Both the position numbers and the translations under genes were made by a program. 64,000 nt of DNA from Octopus vulgaris. Lineage: Eukaryota. Each line of letters begins with the position of its first letter. The stretch's first letter is position 1. The notes under the pieces were generated by a model. It made no database searches. It was not told the origin of the DNA and saw only the letters and a list, made by a program, of their open reading frames with translations. Where the stretch lies: assembly GCA_951406725.2 (NCBI GenBank), contig OX597830.1:42098001-42162000 (forward strand), read 5' to 3'. This document shows, piece after piece, positions 12,256-24,678 of the stretch.

Positions 12256-12587
12256 GTCACAATTTATGTTTCTAACACAAGCTTAATGATAAATAAGTTA
12301 TTTTACTAAACTCTTTGTTATATTTAAAATTAATTGAAAGCAACACAGAGCATCTCAACAGAAATATGGTAATGAATGGGTTAAAAGGAAGGACCCAACT
12401 TAGAAAGAAGAGAAACAAGTCACTTTCTCCAACTATGCCAACTCCACACCCTCTCAAAGAATAACCATCTTAGTATGGCACCCTGTTTCTGCTGCTCTTT
12501 ATTTTAATAATGATGCTGATGATGATGATCCTTTCTGCTGTAGGAACAAGACCTGAAATTTTGAGGGAAGGGACTAGTGGATTACAT
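12256..12587 (+). repeat. Direct duplication of 11462-11784
   Basis: Identical except for a 9-bp (GAT)3 expansion. Explains the twin ORFs 11478-11663 and 12272-12457. Confidence 0.95.
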
Positions 12588-12792
12588 GTCAAAGTAAAGT
12601 CTAAGTTCTTAGTTGAACAATACAGAATGGAAAAACCTCAGACACAAAACAAAATATAGCAAGCCATATTGTTTTTATAAAAGAGACAGTAGAATGTCAA
12701 ATGCTAAAACCTCATGCGAAATGGAACATTGGGAATAAAAAACAAAAAACAAAAAAAAAAACCCCAACTTCTCCATTAAAATGCTTTCAATG
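12585..12792 (-). repeat. Inverted duplication of 13427-13631
   Basis: Near-identical reverse complement, differing by a 2-bp indel and a homopolymer length. Confidence 0.95.
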
Positions 12793-12915
12793 ATCCTGGA
12801 GATGAAAGAAAAGTAATTATTTCTAATACTGGTACAATGCCAGAAATTTTAGGGTGGGGGGTGGGGTTAATGACTAAACTGGCCCTCACTCAATACTTGA
12901 CTGATGGCACTTAAT
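12785..12915 (+). repeat. Direct duplication of 12026-12155
   Basis: Identical except for one extra G in a G-run. Confidence 0.95.
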
Positions 12916-14128
12916 GATACACAGACATACACAGCACCAGAATTGGTTAGTTTACTGTGTGCTATGCATCTAAGATGTGTTGACCCATTCATCCATGCCT
13001 ACACAGAAAAACAAATGTAAAATGATGATATGAAAATAATCCTGCTGCCATGAGGGGTTATTTATTGAGCATCTAAAAATTCCTAAGTAATAAACCCCTA
13101 CTGAAAATCTTGAGAGTGGGGTCCTAAGGCAGATATGTATGGTTATATTTGACCAATTCTTGGCATCTCCTGCAGTTCTGTGGATGCAACAAATGTATTG
13201 ACTTGTCTTTCCTTCATGGTGTAGCCATGAATAAGTCTTTCCTTCATGGCGTAGCCACGAATGGGAAGGTGGTAAGCATACATGGGGGAAAGGTATTTTC
13301 TTCTGGAAACAGTCCAGGCACAGCAGATGTGATTAAGTTTCTGACTCTGTAATACTGCCAAGCAACAATGAAAAAGGCCAGCCATAGTGTTTGTCTGCTT
13401 CTTATTCTCATTTGATATGCTTTTGACATTGAAAGCATTTTAATGGAGAAGTTGGGGTTTTTTTTTTTGTTTTTGTTTTTTATTCCCAATGTTCCATTTC
13501 GCATGAGGTTTTAGCATTTGACATTCTACTGTCTCTTTTATAAAAACAATATGGCTTGCTATATTTTGTTTTGTGTCAGGTTTTTCCATTCTGTATTGTT
13601 CAACTAAGAACTTAGACTTTACTTTGACATGCAGAAAAGTTTCATTTATCATTGAAAATACTGTTAGAAAAATTTAAGAGATAAGTTTATGAAAGTTTGG
13701 CGGATTAAAATGAGAGGCACTAAAATAGTATTATTTGTCCGAATATTGGGAGCGGGGTGGAATTGTTGTTATGGATTTGGCAAAAGAATTTAATAAAAAC
13801 AAAATAAAATTAAATAAAAGTGAAAGATTAAGATGAACAAGTATAGAAAACTATATTTTTGGAAATAAATGGATAAAAGGTAAATGTCTTCAGCATATCC
13901 TTTAAAACCAAAAGGAGAATTTTTTTTTTTTTTACAGAAATTCATTTGACCTGTATTTCAGGCCTTTAGTATTGTATGGTTCTGATTTATGCAATAGATA
14001 AGATTAGAATCTATTGTAAGTGGATGGCAACCAAAGCAATCTTCACATGGAAGACCATCGTGATTGACAAAAAGTAGAAAGAGTTAGCTTACGAAAGGAA
14101 TTATCAGACTTGGGAAATGTGATAGAAT

Positions 14129-14222
14129 GGCAAAATGGTTAGATACTTCATAATGTTTGTTCTGGTTCCTTATATTCTGAGTTCAGATCCTACCAAGATC
14201 AACTTTGCCTTTCATCTCACTG
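14129..14222 (-). repeat. Inverted duplication of 12162-12255
   Basis: 94-bp reverse-complement identity, far above the identity between ordinary SINE A copies. Confidence 0.95.
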
Positions 14223-14409
14223 TGTATGTCTTACATGATGGACTGGAAGCATGTTGAGAAAAGCTAAACAGTTCCTCCTATATCATATTCATTTCTTATT
14301 CAGCACTGCTGTATTTTCAATTAATCATCTTTATCACGAACAAATATTATTTACCAAAATATTGCATTAATATTTCAATGAAATTTATGAGTGTTCAGCA
14401 AAATAATTC

Positions 14410-14772
14410 TCTTTCACCTTTTTTTACACATTTCAGTCATTTGACTGCAGCCATGCTGGAGCACCACTTTTAGTCAAACAAATCAATCCCATAACTTATT
14501 CTTTGTAAGCCTAGTACTTATTCTATCGGTCTCTTTTGCCGAACCACTATGTTTCAGGGACATAAATACACCAACATCAGGTGTCAAGCGATGGTGGGGG
14601 GACAAACACAGACACAAAGATACACACACATAAATATATACATAACTGGCTTCTTTCAGTTTCCATCTACCAAATCCACTTATAAGGCTTTGGTTAGCCT
14701 GAAGCTATAGTAGAAGACACTTGCCCAAACTGCTATGCAGTGGGACTGAACCCAGAACCATGTGGTTGGGAA
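14410..14772 (-). mobile_element. SINE family B copy
   Basis: Reverse complement of the 18444-18853 sequence along nearly its full length. Confidence 0.85.
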
Positions 14773-16189
14773 TATTTTTCTGAAGTAGAAGACAAAACAG
14801 GTTAATTCTCTAACACTTTTGCATTCAAATAGGCCATATCTGACCTAGATATTTGATCTGTTTTTATGTTCAAACTGGCCAGATCTGGCCTTTCACACCT
14901 ACCCTACAATGTCACACTAACAATAATCACATCATCAAAATCACAAAGCTAAGAGATAATGCCTGATTAATTCAAAATACTGTGGATAAATAAGCACTAC
15001 AGTTGACGGATTAATCTGAATGCTAATGGGTTAATGTCCACTTTTCTATGCCTACATGGATCAGATGCAATTTTCTGAGGCAGATTTTCTATAGCTGGAT
15101 GGCCTCCCTGTCACCAACCCATACCTGTTTCCAGGCAAGGTAATATTTCCCCTTGGCTAGACATGTTTTCATGGAACACCGGAAACAAACAACACCACTT
15201 GTATGCAGGTGATGCTCTTTTACAACCAATGCCTGATATCAAGACAAAGGTGCACGCATGCAGGCACACACAATTGGCTTCTTTTAGTTTCTTATTTCTT
15301 TACTGCCCACAAGGGGCTACACACAGAGAGGACAAACAAAGACAGACAAATGGATGAAGTCGATTATATCAACCCCAGTGCATAACTGGTACTTATTTAA
15401 TCAACCCCAAAAGGATGAAAGGCAAAGTCAACCTCGGCGGAATTTGAACTCAGAATGTAGTGGCAGACGAAATACCGCTAAGCATTTTGCACAGCGTGCT
15501 AACGTTTCTGCCAGCTCGCCACCTTTTAGTTTCTTTTAGTTTCTGCTTACCAAATCCACTAGCAAGACTTTAGTCAGCACAGCACTATAGTAGAAGACAC
15601 TTGCCCAAGGCACTATGCTGTGGGATCAAGTCCAAGACCACATGGTGAGGAAGCAAATTTCTTTACCATGCTGTCACACCTGCATCTGCATGTAATTACA
15701 ATAATATTTTAACCATTCTCTAAAACATGTGCAGGAGTGGATACCCATTTTGATTAAATCTTTCTTGTTTCATTTTATTATCCCTTCCTCAGTTAATCTC
15801 ATGGGTGCTTTCCATTCTACAATGTAAAAAGTTTTCTATGTCATCATCCTCATTATCGTTGTCATCATCAACCTCATCATTTTGTAATATTTAATTTTAT
15901 CATGTGGCTTGTAGAAGTTTTACTTGGGGGAAAAATAAATTGGAATTGAATTAAATTACATTTTTAATGATTATTCTATTTAATACTTCCAAGGGAGTTC
16001 AATTATATATCATAATAAAAATTTAATTTTAAAGAAAAAAAAATTGTTTAAAAATGTAGAAACATAATTTAAATGAATTTCATGTATGAAGAAATGTGCA
16101 TACATACACACGCCAGAAAATTTCCCATTGTCTTCAGGTTTCAGAGACAGGCAACTCTCATTTTGTACTAGCAAACCTGGGAGTGGACA

Positions 16190-16410
16190 TGCATAACTTA
16201 GTGGTTTAGGTGTTCGATTCATGATTGTAAGATTGTGGTTTCAATTCCTGAACCAGGCAATGCATTGTGTTCTTCAGCAAAACAATTTCATATTGCTCCA
16301 GTCCACTCAGCTGGTAAAAAAGAGTGAATCCTATGTTAGATGGGCATCCCATCCAGGGAGGAATATATTCACCAGAGAAACCAGAAAAATGGCCCCTTGC
16401 ATCTTGTAGA
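16190..16410 (+). mobile_element. SINE family D (tRNA head + TGTGTCCTTGAGCAAGACAC-type CORE-like segment)
   Basis: CTTAGTGGTTTAGG A-box-like, GGTTTCAATTCC B-box-like, then TTGCTCCAGTCCACTCAGCTGG. Related copies at about 33595-33912(-), 41690-41935(-), 41960-42110(-), 54930-55460(-) and 57100-57330(-). Confidence 0.75.
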
Positions 16411-16430
16411 TTAATGCAAACTAACCAAAC

Positions 16431-16623
16431 CTGGGAAATGTTATTGTTCAGTGAGAATGGTGAGATCTGACCAAGCAGACCTTTGGCAGGGAGGTAGTAA
16501 ATTTTTACAAACTGTGAATGTCCACCGACAGATCCAACACACTGGACATGCCATGATAACGCCTGGTCTTCAACTATCCACTTAATTGAATCTGTTATGT
16601 GTAAGTCTATCAAAAACGAAGAC
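16431..16623 (-). other. Candidate internal exon of an unidentified gene (193 nt)
   Basis: Non-repeat sequence bounded by tttctgacAG and CAG|GTTTGG, with one open frame: SSFLIDLHITDSIKWIVEDQALSWHVQCVGSVGGHSQFVKIYYLPAKGLLGQISPFSLNNNISQ. No homolog recognised. Confidence 0.25.
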
Positions 16624-17489
16624 CTGTCAGAAATTTACTTTCAGCGAGATCTTAACGACTTGGAACCAAAATGGCTTGTCCGAAAAATCAATTTAGATAT
16701 TATTATAAGTTGAAAGAAAGAACAGTGTGTACATCTTCCTCTGTGTGTGTGTGTGCGTGTGCTATCAAAATGGAGGAAGGAAATTTGAAAGATCAAATTA
16801 AATGGAAGTGTCCACTATTTATATACACTTTTGTACACAAATGAAAGCTTGTAAGGAATTAATAGATGTTAGTGTCGGGAAAGTGACACAAGCAAATCCA
16901 CAGACTTAGTTTTCAGTGATGCAATATCATTATATACATCATTATCATCATCAAAATATATATGAATACACACACACACACTGGTACCTTAAGCAAATGT
17001 CTCCTACTATAGTCTTGGACCAATCAAAGACTTGTGGGTGGATTTGGTAGATGGAAATTGAAAGAAGCCTGTTGTGTGTGTGTACTCCCTTGTCTAGATG
17101 TGTGATGGCTGTACATAAGCAAATCATCACACAAACAACTGTTTGTTACCAGTGTTCCATGGAAAAACATATCTTACCATAGGAAAATATTACCTTGCTT
17201 GGAAACAGGTGAAGGTTAGTGACAGGAAGTGCATCCAGTCATAGGCAATATGCCTCCACAAATTACTATAGCCTAAGGTTATAGTAGAAGACACTTGCCC
17301 AAGGTTCCACACAATGAGACTGAACCCGGAACCTTGTGGTTGGGAAACACACTTCTTACCACATGGGATGCAGCACCTGTGTGTGTGTGTGTGTGTGTGT
17401 AAAGGTAAGATCCAAGGATCAAGGTGTAGGAAGTTAGTGAGCTTCAAGCAATCCATAGAAGATATAAAAAAAACAACTTTCAAGAACAA

Positions 17490-17684
17490 ATTCTGAGTTC
17501 AATTCCAGGCAGTGACCGGAATAATAATAATAATAATAATAATATCGAAAAATACCTTAGGAATAAGAGCCCAGGTTCAAAATCTTCCTAAGACACCTGA
17601 TGTAGGCTGGAGGGTGTATCAGCCAAAACATTGTTAACAACAAACAAGATAAAGACAAATATCCGTCAAATGTAAATAATGTAC
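17490..17684 (+). mobile_element. Penelope-like terminal repeat fragment with a decayed hammerhead motif
   Basis: ACAC-CTGATGT-A-GGCTG(GAGGGTGTAT)CAGCC-AAAA-CATTGT at 17593-17634: CUGANGA / stem II / GAAA layout with substitutions. Confidence 0.5.
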
Positions 17685-17835
17685 AATAGTGGTTTGTTTA
17701 TTGGAGCAGTAGGTTGTGAATTGTTCCTATATCGAAGTATGATAAGCTGAAAAAAGTTTAATTTTATAGCTCATGGTTAGCGACAGAGGTTGCTGTATAT
17801 ATGAGCAAACACGCAAAAAGTTTTGCATATGTATG

Positions 17836-18208
17836 GCATAAGAGTAGCTGTGTGGTAAGTAGTTTGCTTACAAACTACAGGGTTCCGGGTTCAGTTCCAC
17901 TGCGGGGCACCTTGGGCAAGTGTCTTCTACTATAGCCGCAGGCCGACCAAAGCTTTGTGAGTGGATTTGGTAGACAGAAACTGAAAGAAGCCCGTCGTAT
18001 ATATGTGTGTGTATATGTTTGTCCCTCCAACATCGCTTGACAACTGATGCTGGTGTGTATACGTCCCCGTAACTTAGCGGTTTGGGAAAAGAGACCGATA
18101 GCATAAGTACTAGGCTTACAAAGAATAAGTCTGGGGGTTGACTTCCTCGACGAAAGGTAGTGCTCTGGCATGGCCACAATCAAATGACTGAAACAAGTAA
18201 AAGAGTAT
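17836..18208 (+). mobile_element. SINE family B, near full length
   Basis: TAGCTGTGTGGTAAG A-box-like, GGGTTCAGTTCC B-box-like, ACCTTGGGCAAGTG CORE-like motif, tail ending GAAACAAGTAAAAGAG. Confidence 0.9.
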
Positions 18209-18443
18209 AAATGCAGTAACAACAATAAAAAGAGTGTTCATGTTTTCTTGTCAGGTAACTGAACTGTGTATCTGTTGCTGTCCATGGAAGAATGATATAA
18301 AAAAAAAAACATTGCATTGTTAAGACATTACAGTTTTTGCCTTGGAATTCCGTATGCAAATATTATTCCCTTCAGCTGAAAATTTCAGTCATGGTGGATA
18401 TGTGTTACTCTATGATTCAGTAATTCAACCTTGTTTTCTTTTT

Positions 18444-18853
18444 GCAGTGGCTGTGTGGTAAGTAGCTTGCTAACCAACCACATGGTTCCGGGTTCAGTCC
18501 CACTGCGTGGCATCTTGGGCAAGTGTCTTCTGCTATAGCCCCGGGCTGACCAATGCCTTGTGAGTGGATTTGGTAGACGGAAACTGAAAGAAGCCTGTCG
18601 TATATATGTATATATATGTATAAGTGTGTGTGTATATGTTTGTGTGTCTGTGTTTGTCCCCCTAGCATTGCTTGACAACCGATGCTGGTGTGTTTACGTC
18701 CCCGTCACTTAGCGGTTCGGCAAAAGAGACCGATAGAATAAGTACTGGGCTTACAAAGAATAAGTCCCGGGGTCGATTTGCTCGACTAAAGGTGGTGCTC
18801 CAGCATGGCCGCAGTCAAATGACTGAAACAAGTAAAAGAGTAAAGAGAGAGAG
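18444..18853 (+). mobile_element. SINE family B, young full-length copy (CORE-SINE type, possibly related to octopus OR SINEs)
   Basis: TGGCTGTGTGGTAAG..GGGTTCAGTCCC..TCTTGGGCAAGTG, internal TA/TG microsatellite, CpGs retained. Close to 38060-38437 and 58684-59085. Confidence 0.9.
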
Positions 18854-19527
18854 AGTACTGTGTTACTTTATATATCAAAATACAATAAATTGATTTACTG
18901 TATATAGACAATATGTAAATACGTGCATGTGTGTGTTATGTAAAGGAAATGAATTTGTCTTTCTATGCACATATATACACACAAACACAAATATTTTGTG
19001 AAGTTGTCTTGTCATCAATCAATCATCACTTAATGTCCACTTTTCCATGCTTGCCTGGATCCAGTGCAATTTGTTGAGGCAGATTTTCTGTGGTTTGATG
19101 CCCTTCCTGTTTACCAACCTCCATCTAATTCCAAGTAAGATAATATTTCCCTATGACCAGACATGTTTTGCATCATACAAGCAAAGGACACTGCTTGTAT
19201 GATGTGGTGCTTATTTACAAGCTTCACATGACATCTAGAGAAGGGTAAACACACACTAACACACACACAAAAAAAAATTATATATGTGAGTTTGTATATC
19301 TTAATATGGATAATGTATCCACAATTAATAATGAATAACTATAAATATATATACACACACATGATGGGCTTCTTTCAGTTTCCATCTACCAAATCCACTC
19401 ACAAAGCTTTGGTTAGCTCAGAGCTATAGTAGAAGACATCTGCCTAAGGTTCCATGCAGTGGGACAGAACCCAAGGCTACATGGTTGGAATAGAAGCTTC
19501 TCAACCAGTCACACCTGTGCCCACATA

Positions 19528-19720
19528 TGAGGGGATACTGAAAAGTTCCTGGCATTGAGTAAAAGAAAATATAGGAGGATAAGTTAATTATGATTTTATT
19601 CAACATACTCCCTTCTCAGATTCACACATTTATTGCAATGGTCCTTCAGTTTTTTTCTAAGCCCTGTAAAAAAAACTTTTGCAATATCCTTAAAGCAAGG
19701 AACTATTCAGCACCCACTTG
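19528..19720 (-). mobile_element. Mariner-derived MITE with TA TSD
   Basis: TIRs TGAGGGGATACTGAAAAGTTCCTGGC / GCAAGGAACTATTCAGCACCCACTTG. The interior encodes LKDHCNKCVNLRREYVE* on the minus strand, like a mariner transposase C-terminus. Confidence 0.75.
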
Positions 19721-22634
19721 TATGTATAGATACATGTATAACAGAGTTCTCCCTCCCCACCACCACCACCACCACCACAAACACTGTATTTTTCGCTTTG
19801 AATTGCATTGTTTACACATGTCATGATTGATGTGAGATTAATGTGTTTCGTGCTTGTGAGTGGTGTCTGAATTTAATGTTAATGATGTTTCACTCTTATG
19901 ATTAAAGACTAACAAATAAATAAAAGTATATGAACTTAGAATTAAGTATTAATTAATGTAGCAGAACAAACCATAATTCCTTAATTGGATATCATAACAG
20001 ATGGGGCACTTTATGCAATTAGGATTGAGTATGCTATCAAATAACCACAAATCTAAATGCCAATTAAGATACTGGAAGTCAAAGACTTAGTCTTTCCTCC
20101 TGACAGAACAGCTACCTGCATGTCAGCTACTTCTTTAAAAGTACTCTCTACTATGCCTATGTATCTGTGAGGTGTGCATACATATATACAAACGTAACTG
20201 CTTTCCACTTAACCCTTTTGACACCAATCCACTTGAAACTGACCTTGGTGTTCTAAGATGCAAACTTCCTATTTTAGAGTGATTTAAAATAAACCTTCTT
20301 GTTAATTTGTTTCAAACACCAGTTTGATAATGATATATTATTAAATTCTTCATAATTTCCAAAATGAATTCAAATAACGATGGAGTATTTCAACAGTACC
20401 TTTAAATATGGTAACAAAGAACTTAAGCTCTCAGATCAGCCAAGATTCCAAACTACAAAACCTCTCATTTTAAATTAAAACTTTCTGTCTTAATTCTATG
20501 GAAGAACCTGTTGTTATGTTACAAACACAAGTTTATTAACAACAATACTAGCTGTCTTTTATCTTTTGCTTGTGTCAGTGTTTAGACTGCAGCCATGCTG
20601 GAGCACTGCCTTGAACAACCTGGTCCTGGTACTTATTTTTTTAAAGCCTGGTACTTATTCTGTTGGTCACTTTTCTCAAACCACCAAGTTACTGGGATGC
20701 AAACACACCAACACCAGTTGTCAAATGATGGTGGAGGACAAATCCAGACACACGTGATGGGCTTCTTTCAGTTTCCATTTACCAAATCCACTCACAAGGC
20801 TTTTGTTGGCTCAAGGCTATAACAGAAGACACTTGCCCAAGATGCCACACAGTGAGATTGAACCCAGAACCATGTGGTTAGGATGAAAACTCTTTACCAC
20901 ACAAGTGCCTATAAAATAAACTAAAATAAAAGATAGCTTGCAATTTTTTTTCTTATTTTTTTCTTCATCTCTTGGCCAAAAATTTAAAGTTGCAAATGTA
21001 TAAAACAAAAAGGTTTTAAGAATCCTTGTTATTTACAAAAATGATTTAAAAAAAAAATAGAAAATAACTAAAAATTACATAAAAGATAGTTTTGAAAATT
21101 TTTCCTTCTATTTTTGAAAAAAAATTAATTTTTTTCAAATATCACAATAATTAAAGTCAAGCTTAGAATATAATGATAGGAAGTAAAAAAAAAAAGATAA
21201 TTAGAATGTAAGATAATGAAATATATGAACAATTTTGTGAAAATTATATCAAACATTTAAAATACAGAAATAGGGAAGAAGAATTCACACAAACAATCTA
21301 AAAAGAAAATTAAATTTAAAAAAAAAAAAAATAAATAATGGACAATTGCAGCAGAACTAATAAGAAATCTAACCATTAAATCATTGGTGCTAAATGGAAA
21401 TAGGCTCTAAGACATTGTATTAATATATGATATTAAATATATACAAATACTTGCTAATATTTAGATAAATATATATACATATATATATATATATATACAT
21501 ACATACACACAAATATACATTTGTGTATGTGTGTGTGTGCAATTGTTTCTATGTATGTAGAAAACAATGTAAATTATGATTCCATGGTAACATTCAAGTT
21601 TGCTTACATTTCTACATCATCCATCCATCTTTCCTATTCAACACTGAACTGAATTAATGTCTCTTAAGTAGTATTCTTTTCTCCACTCTCACCCCACCCA
21701 CCCCTCCACACACGCCACCACCACAACCTATTATAATAAACAGACAAAAGGATTTCAGTACAAACATGTTTAAGTATAGCAGTGTAAGTTTTTGAATTTG
21801 AGCTTTCTAACTATGTCATGTTAAAATGTATAAATTAATAATGATAATGCCTTATGAAATCAGGAGATGAAGTGGGAGTAGAGAAATGTCCACAGTCACA
21901 AGCTATCATCAAACTCATTGATATGAAGTCTCCTGTAATTTATTCGACAGATAATTACATGTGGTGGGGGGAAAAAATCAGCAAATAAATTATACATTTT
22001 CTCCCCCTTAAACTACCATATTTAATGTTCTTTTGGGACATAATACAAGTATCTTTACAAAACATCAAAAGCAGTCATTTATTTATTTATTTATTTTTGC
22101 TTCAGAAATAAAACAACAAATATAAGAAATAAGAAAAAAAGAAAGAATTTTTCCCAGATCTACTTAAAATAATATTTTAGGCTTCAAAATTTCTCAAGTA
22201 TTCTTCACCAACACTATTAAGACTATCTTTGAGTGTTTTGTAAAACAGTAAGCTACAAGATGTAGCTAACATTTTTAGAATATAGTTTTATCCTTAAGTA
22301 TGATGTAAAGATTTTTGACAGATGATGTAAAGTTTGAAAATTTAGGTTTGGATCATTGCAATACTTTAAAAAAGACACACAGATATACACACACATAAAC
22401 AATAGGTTCTTTACAAATTTAGAGAAAATTCTCTACAAATCCTTCAGTTTCAGTGACTCATTTTTTTTTAATGACTTTTACAGTTGGCATTTGGAAAGGC
22501 ATCCAGCTATAAAAACCATGCCAAAACAGACACAGAAGCATAGCACAGGCTCCTGCCTGGCCAGTTAAACAATGTTGACAATAATGATGACTTCCAACAT
22601 AGGGTCTGCCAACAGACCACAGAATTTTACTTAA

Positions 22635-22858
22635 CCTTTTAGCATTTAAACTGGCTGTATGTATCCAGCCCAAATATTCTACCTGTTGTATGTTCAAACT
22701 GGCCATATCCAACCTCTCACACCTACCCTACAATGTCATTCTAAAAATATATAATCACATCCTTGAAATCTCAAAGCAACAAGACAATACAGAATTAACT
22801 TTAAAAATTGTGACTAAATAAGCATTACATTTGACAAAATAATCTGAATTCCAAAGGG
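22635..22858 (+). mobile_element. piggyBac-like MITE, family F
   Basis: TTAA|CCTTTTAGCATT...AATTCCAAAGGG|TTAA, followed immediately by a second degenerate copy. Confidence 0.8.
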
Positions 22859-23139
22859 TTAACTTATTTAATTTAATAAACATTTGAAATGGCAATATCT
22901 GGCCCAAATACCTGTTTTATGCTTAAACCAGCCTGATCTGGCCTTTCATACCTTACCCTGCAATGTCATTCTAAAAATAAACAATCATGTCTTCAAAATC
23001 TTGAAGCTACAACAGAATGCTTGATTAATTTAAAATAATGTGAATAAATATGCATGACATTTAATGCTGGAGGATTAAGTGAGGGCATTTACAGATGGCC
23101 AATTCATTAAGAGCAGTGGACACTCAGTTTAAGTGTTAA

Positions 23140-23170
<31 letters not shown>

Positions 23171-23422
23171 GCATTATATCTGTCTCCGATATAGTTAAAC
23201 CCTCAAATGCTTGGTTTACCTAGCTGCAAATAGGTAACAACATTGTAGAAGTACCAGGCTGTTTGTTAGCTTTTGGTATTTGGTTTAATTCGTGTCGTGT
23301 GGTGGGAGATGCTTTGGCTCCATCAGTTTCTTTTAGATCTTTATTGGGTTGTTAACCCATTGACAGAACTCTCTTCTGATGGAGTGTTTCCGCCTCTTGC
23401 AGCAAAGTACTGTACTTACCTA

Positions 23423-23636
23423 CGTGGAGGTGCTCAAAAGTTCCTGGTTTCAACGGTATCATGAAAGGCTTGGTTGGAGGACCAAAAATTCCAAGTTCTT
23501 TTACATGGCTTAGGAAAACTGAAGGACCATTGCAATATGTAAATCTGAGAGGGGAATATGTTGAATAAAATCATAATTAATTGATCCTCCTGTATTTTCA
23601 TTTACCCAAAGCCAGGAACTTTTCAGCACCTCTTTG
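23423..23636 (+). mobile_element. Mariner-derived MITE, same family as 19528-19720; a third copy lies at about 61997-62205
   Basis: TA|CGTGGAGGTGCTCAAAAGTTCCTGG...GCCAGGAACTTTTCAGCACCTCTTTG|TA. Confidence 0.75.
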
Positions 23637-24618
23637 TATCTTACCGATTGAATTTGTAGTATATGAGAATGAGTTTGGTGTTTTATTCATAGATACACAA
23701 CAGAGTTGGTGATGAGGCACATCTGGTTAACTGTGAAAAATAACAGTCAAATCTCCTTCAAATTACACTCTGCTATCTTAAGAAAGGGAAGGATATCTAT
23801 TAAACAATGCAGCAGTGTAACCTTTTACCATTCAGATTACACTGTGAAATGTAAAGCTTAGTCATCCACATTGTTTTGAATTAATCGTGCTTTGAGATTT
23901 CAAAGATGTGATTGTTTAATTTTAGAATGACAATGTAAGATAGGTATGAGGGGCCTGAGAGGGCTAGTTTAAATGCTATAGGGGCAAGATACATACTCCC
24001 ACACCCCCAAGATAGAATAGTAATGGCTGGAATGCCTTTCCTGATTCAATCAGAGTTGAAATGACCAAGAGTTAAGCAAAGTGACAATGCTCTTGGGAAA
24101 GGCATCAATGCCACATATACTCATTTCACTTCAGTGATAAATTTATAAGCTTTTTGCCTCAGTAAGAAATCAATTTATAAAATAAACATTCTTCAGAAAC
24201 CCTTGTGTGTAATCAATTCAAAGTTAAATTAAAATATAATTAAAATGAAACAAATAAGTATGAGAAGATTATACGAGAAAGGAAGCGTAATTAAAAGCAT
24301 CGTTATCTACGTAGCATGGCATAGTACTTTTGTGTGAAGAACTTATATCGAAAATGAAATACAATATTACCAAGATTGAAAGTTAATGATCAAGTGATGC
24401 ATACTAATTACAGCTGAAGTGGAAGTGGTGGTGGTGGTGGTGGTCTTTGTTATTGTTGTTCTGATTCTTGTAGTTTCAATTGGTTGTATTGTGAAAGATT
24501 TACAGAATAAAGATTAGTTGGAATATCTTGAGGTGTGACTGTATTCATTAGGTTTCGAAGTCTATTTTTTTAGTAACTCTTTCTAAAAAGTTTTTATATT
24601 TATATTTAGCTTAGTAAG

Positions 24619-24678
<60 letters not shown>

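Noticed and set aside
11478-12457. Two identical 61-aa ORFs suggesting a duplicated gene
   Set aside because: They lie in a MITE-containing segment duplicated by the local rearrangement.
13143-13652. Overlapping ORFs inside the inverted block, including a 30-bp tandem duplication at about 13206-13262
   Set aside because: No recognisable domain, frames are broken by a homopolymer tract, and splice signals are inconsistent.
17868-18893. Recurrent similar peptides (IVEDTCPRCHAVGLNPEPCG, MTTDAGVFTSP) suggesting a gene family
   Set aside because: They are translations of SINE B copies on either strand.
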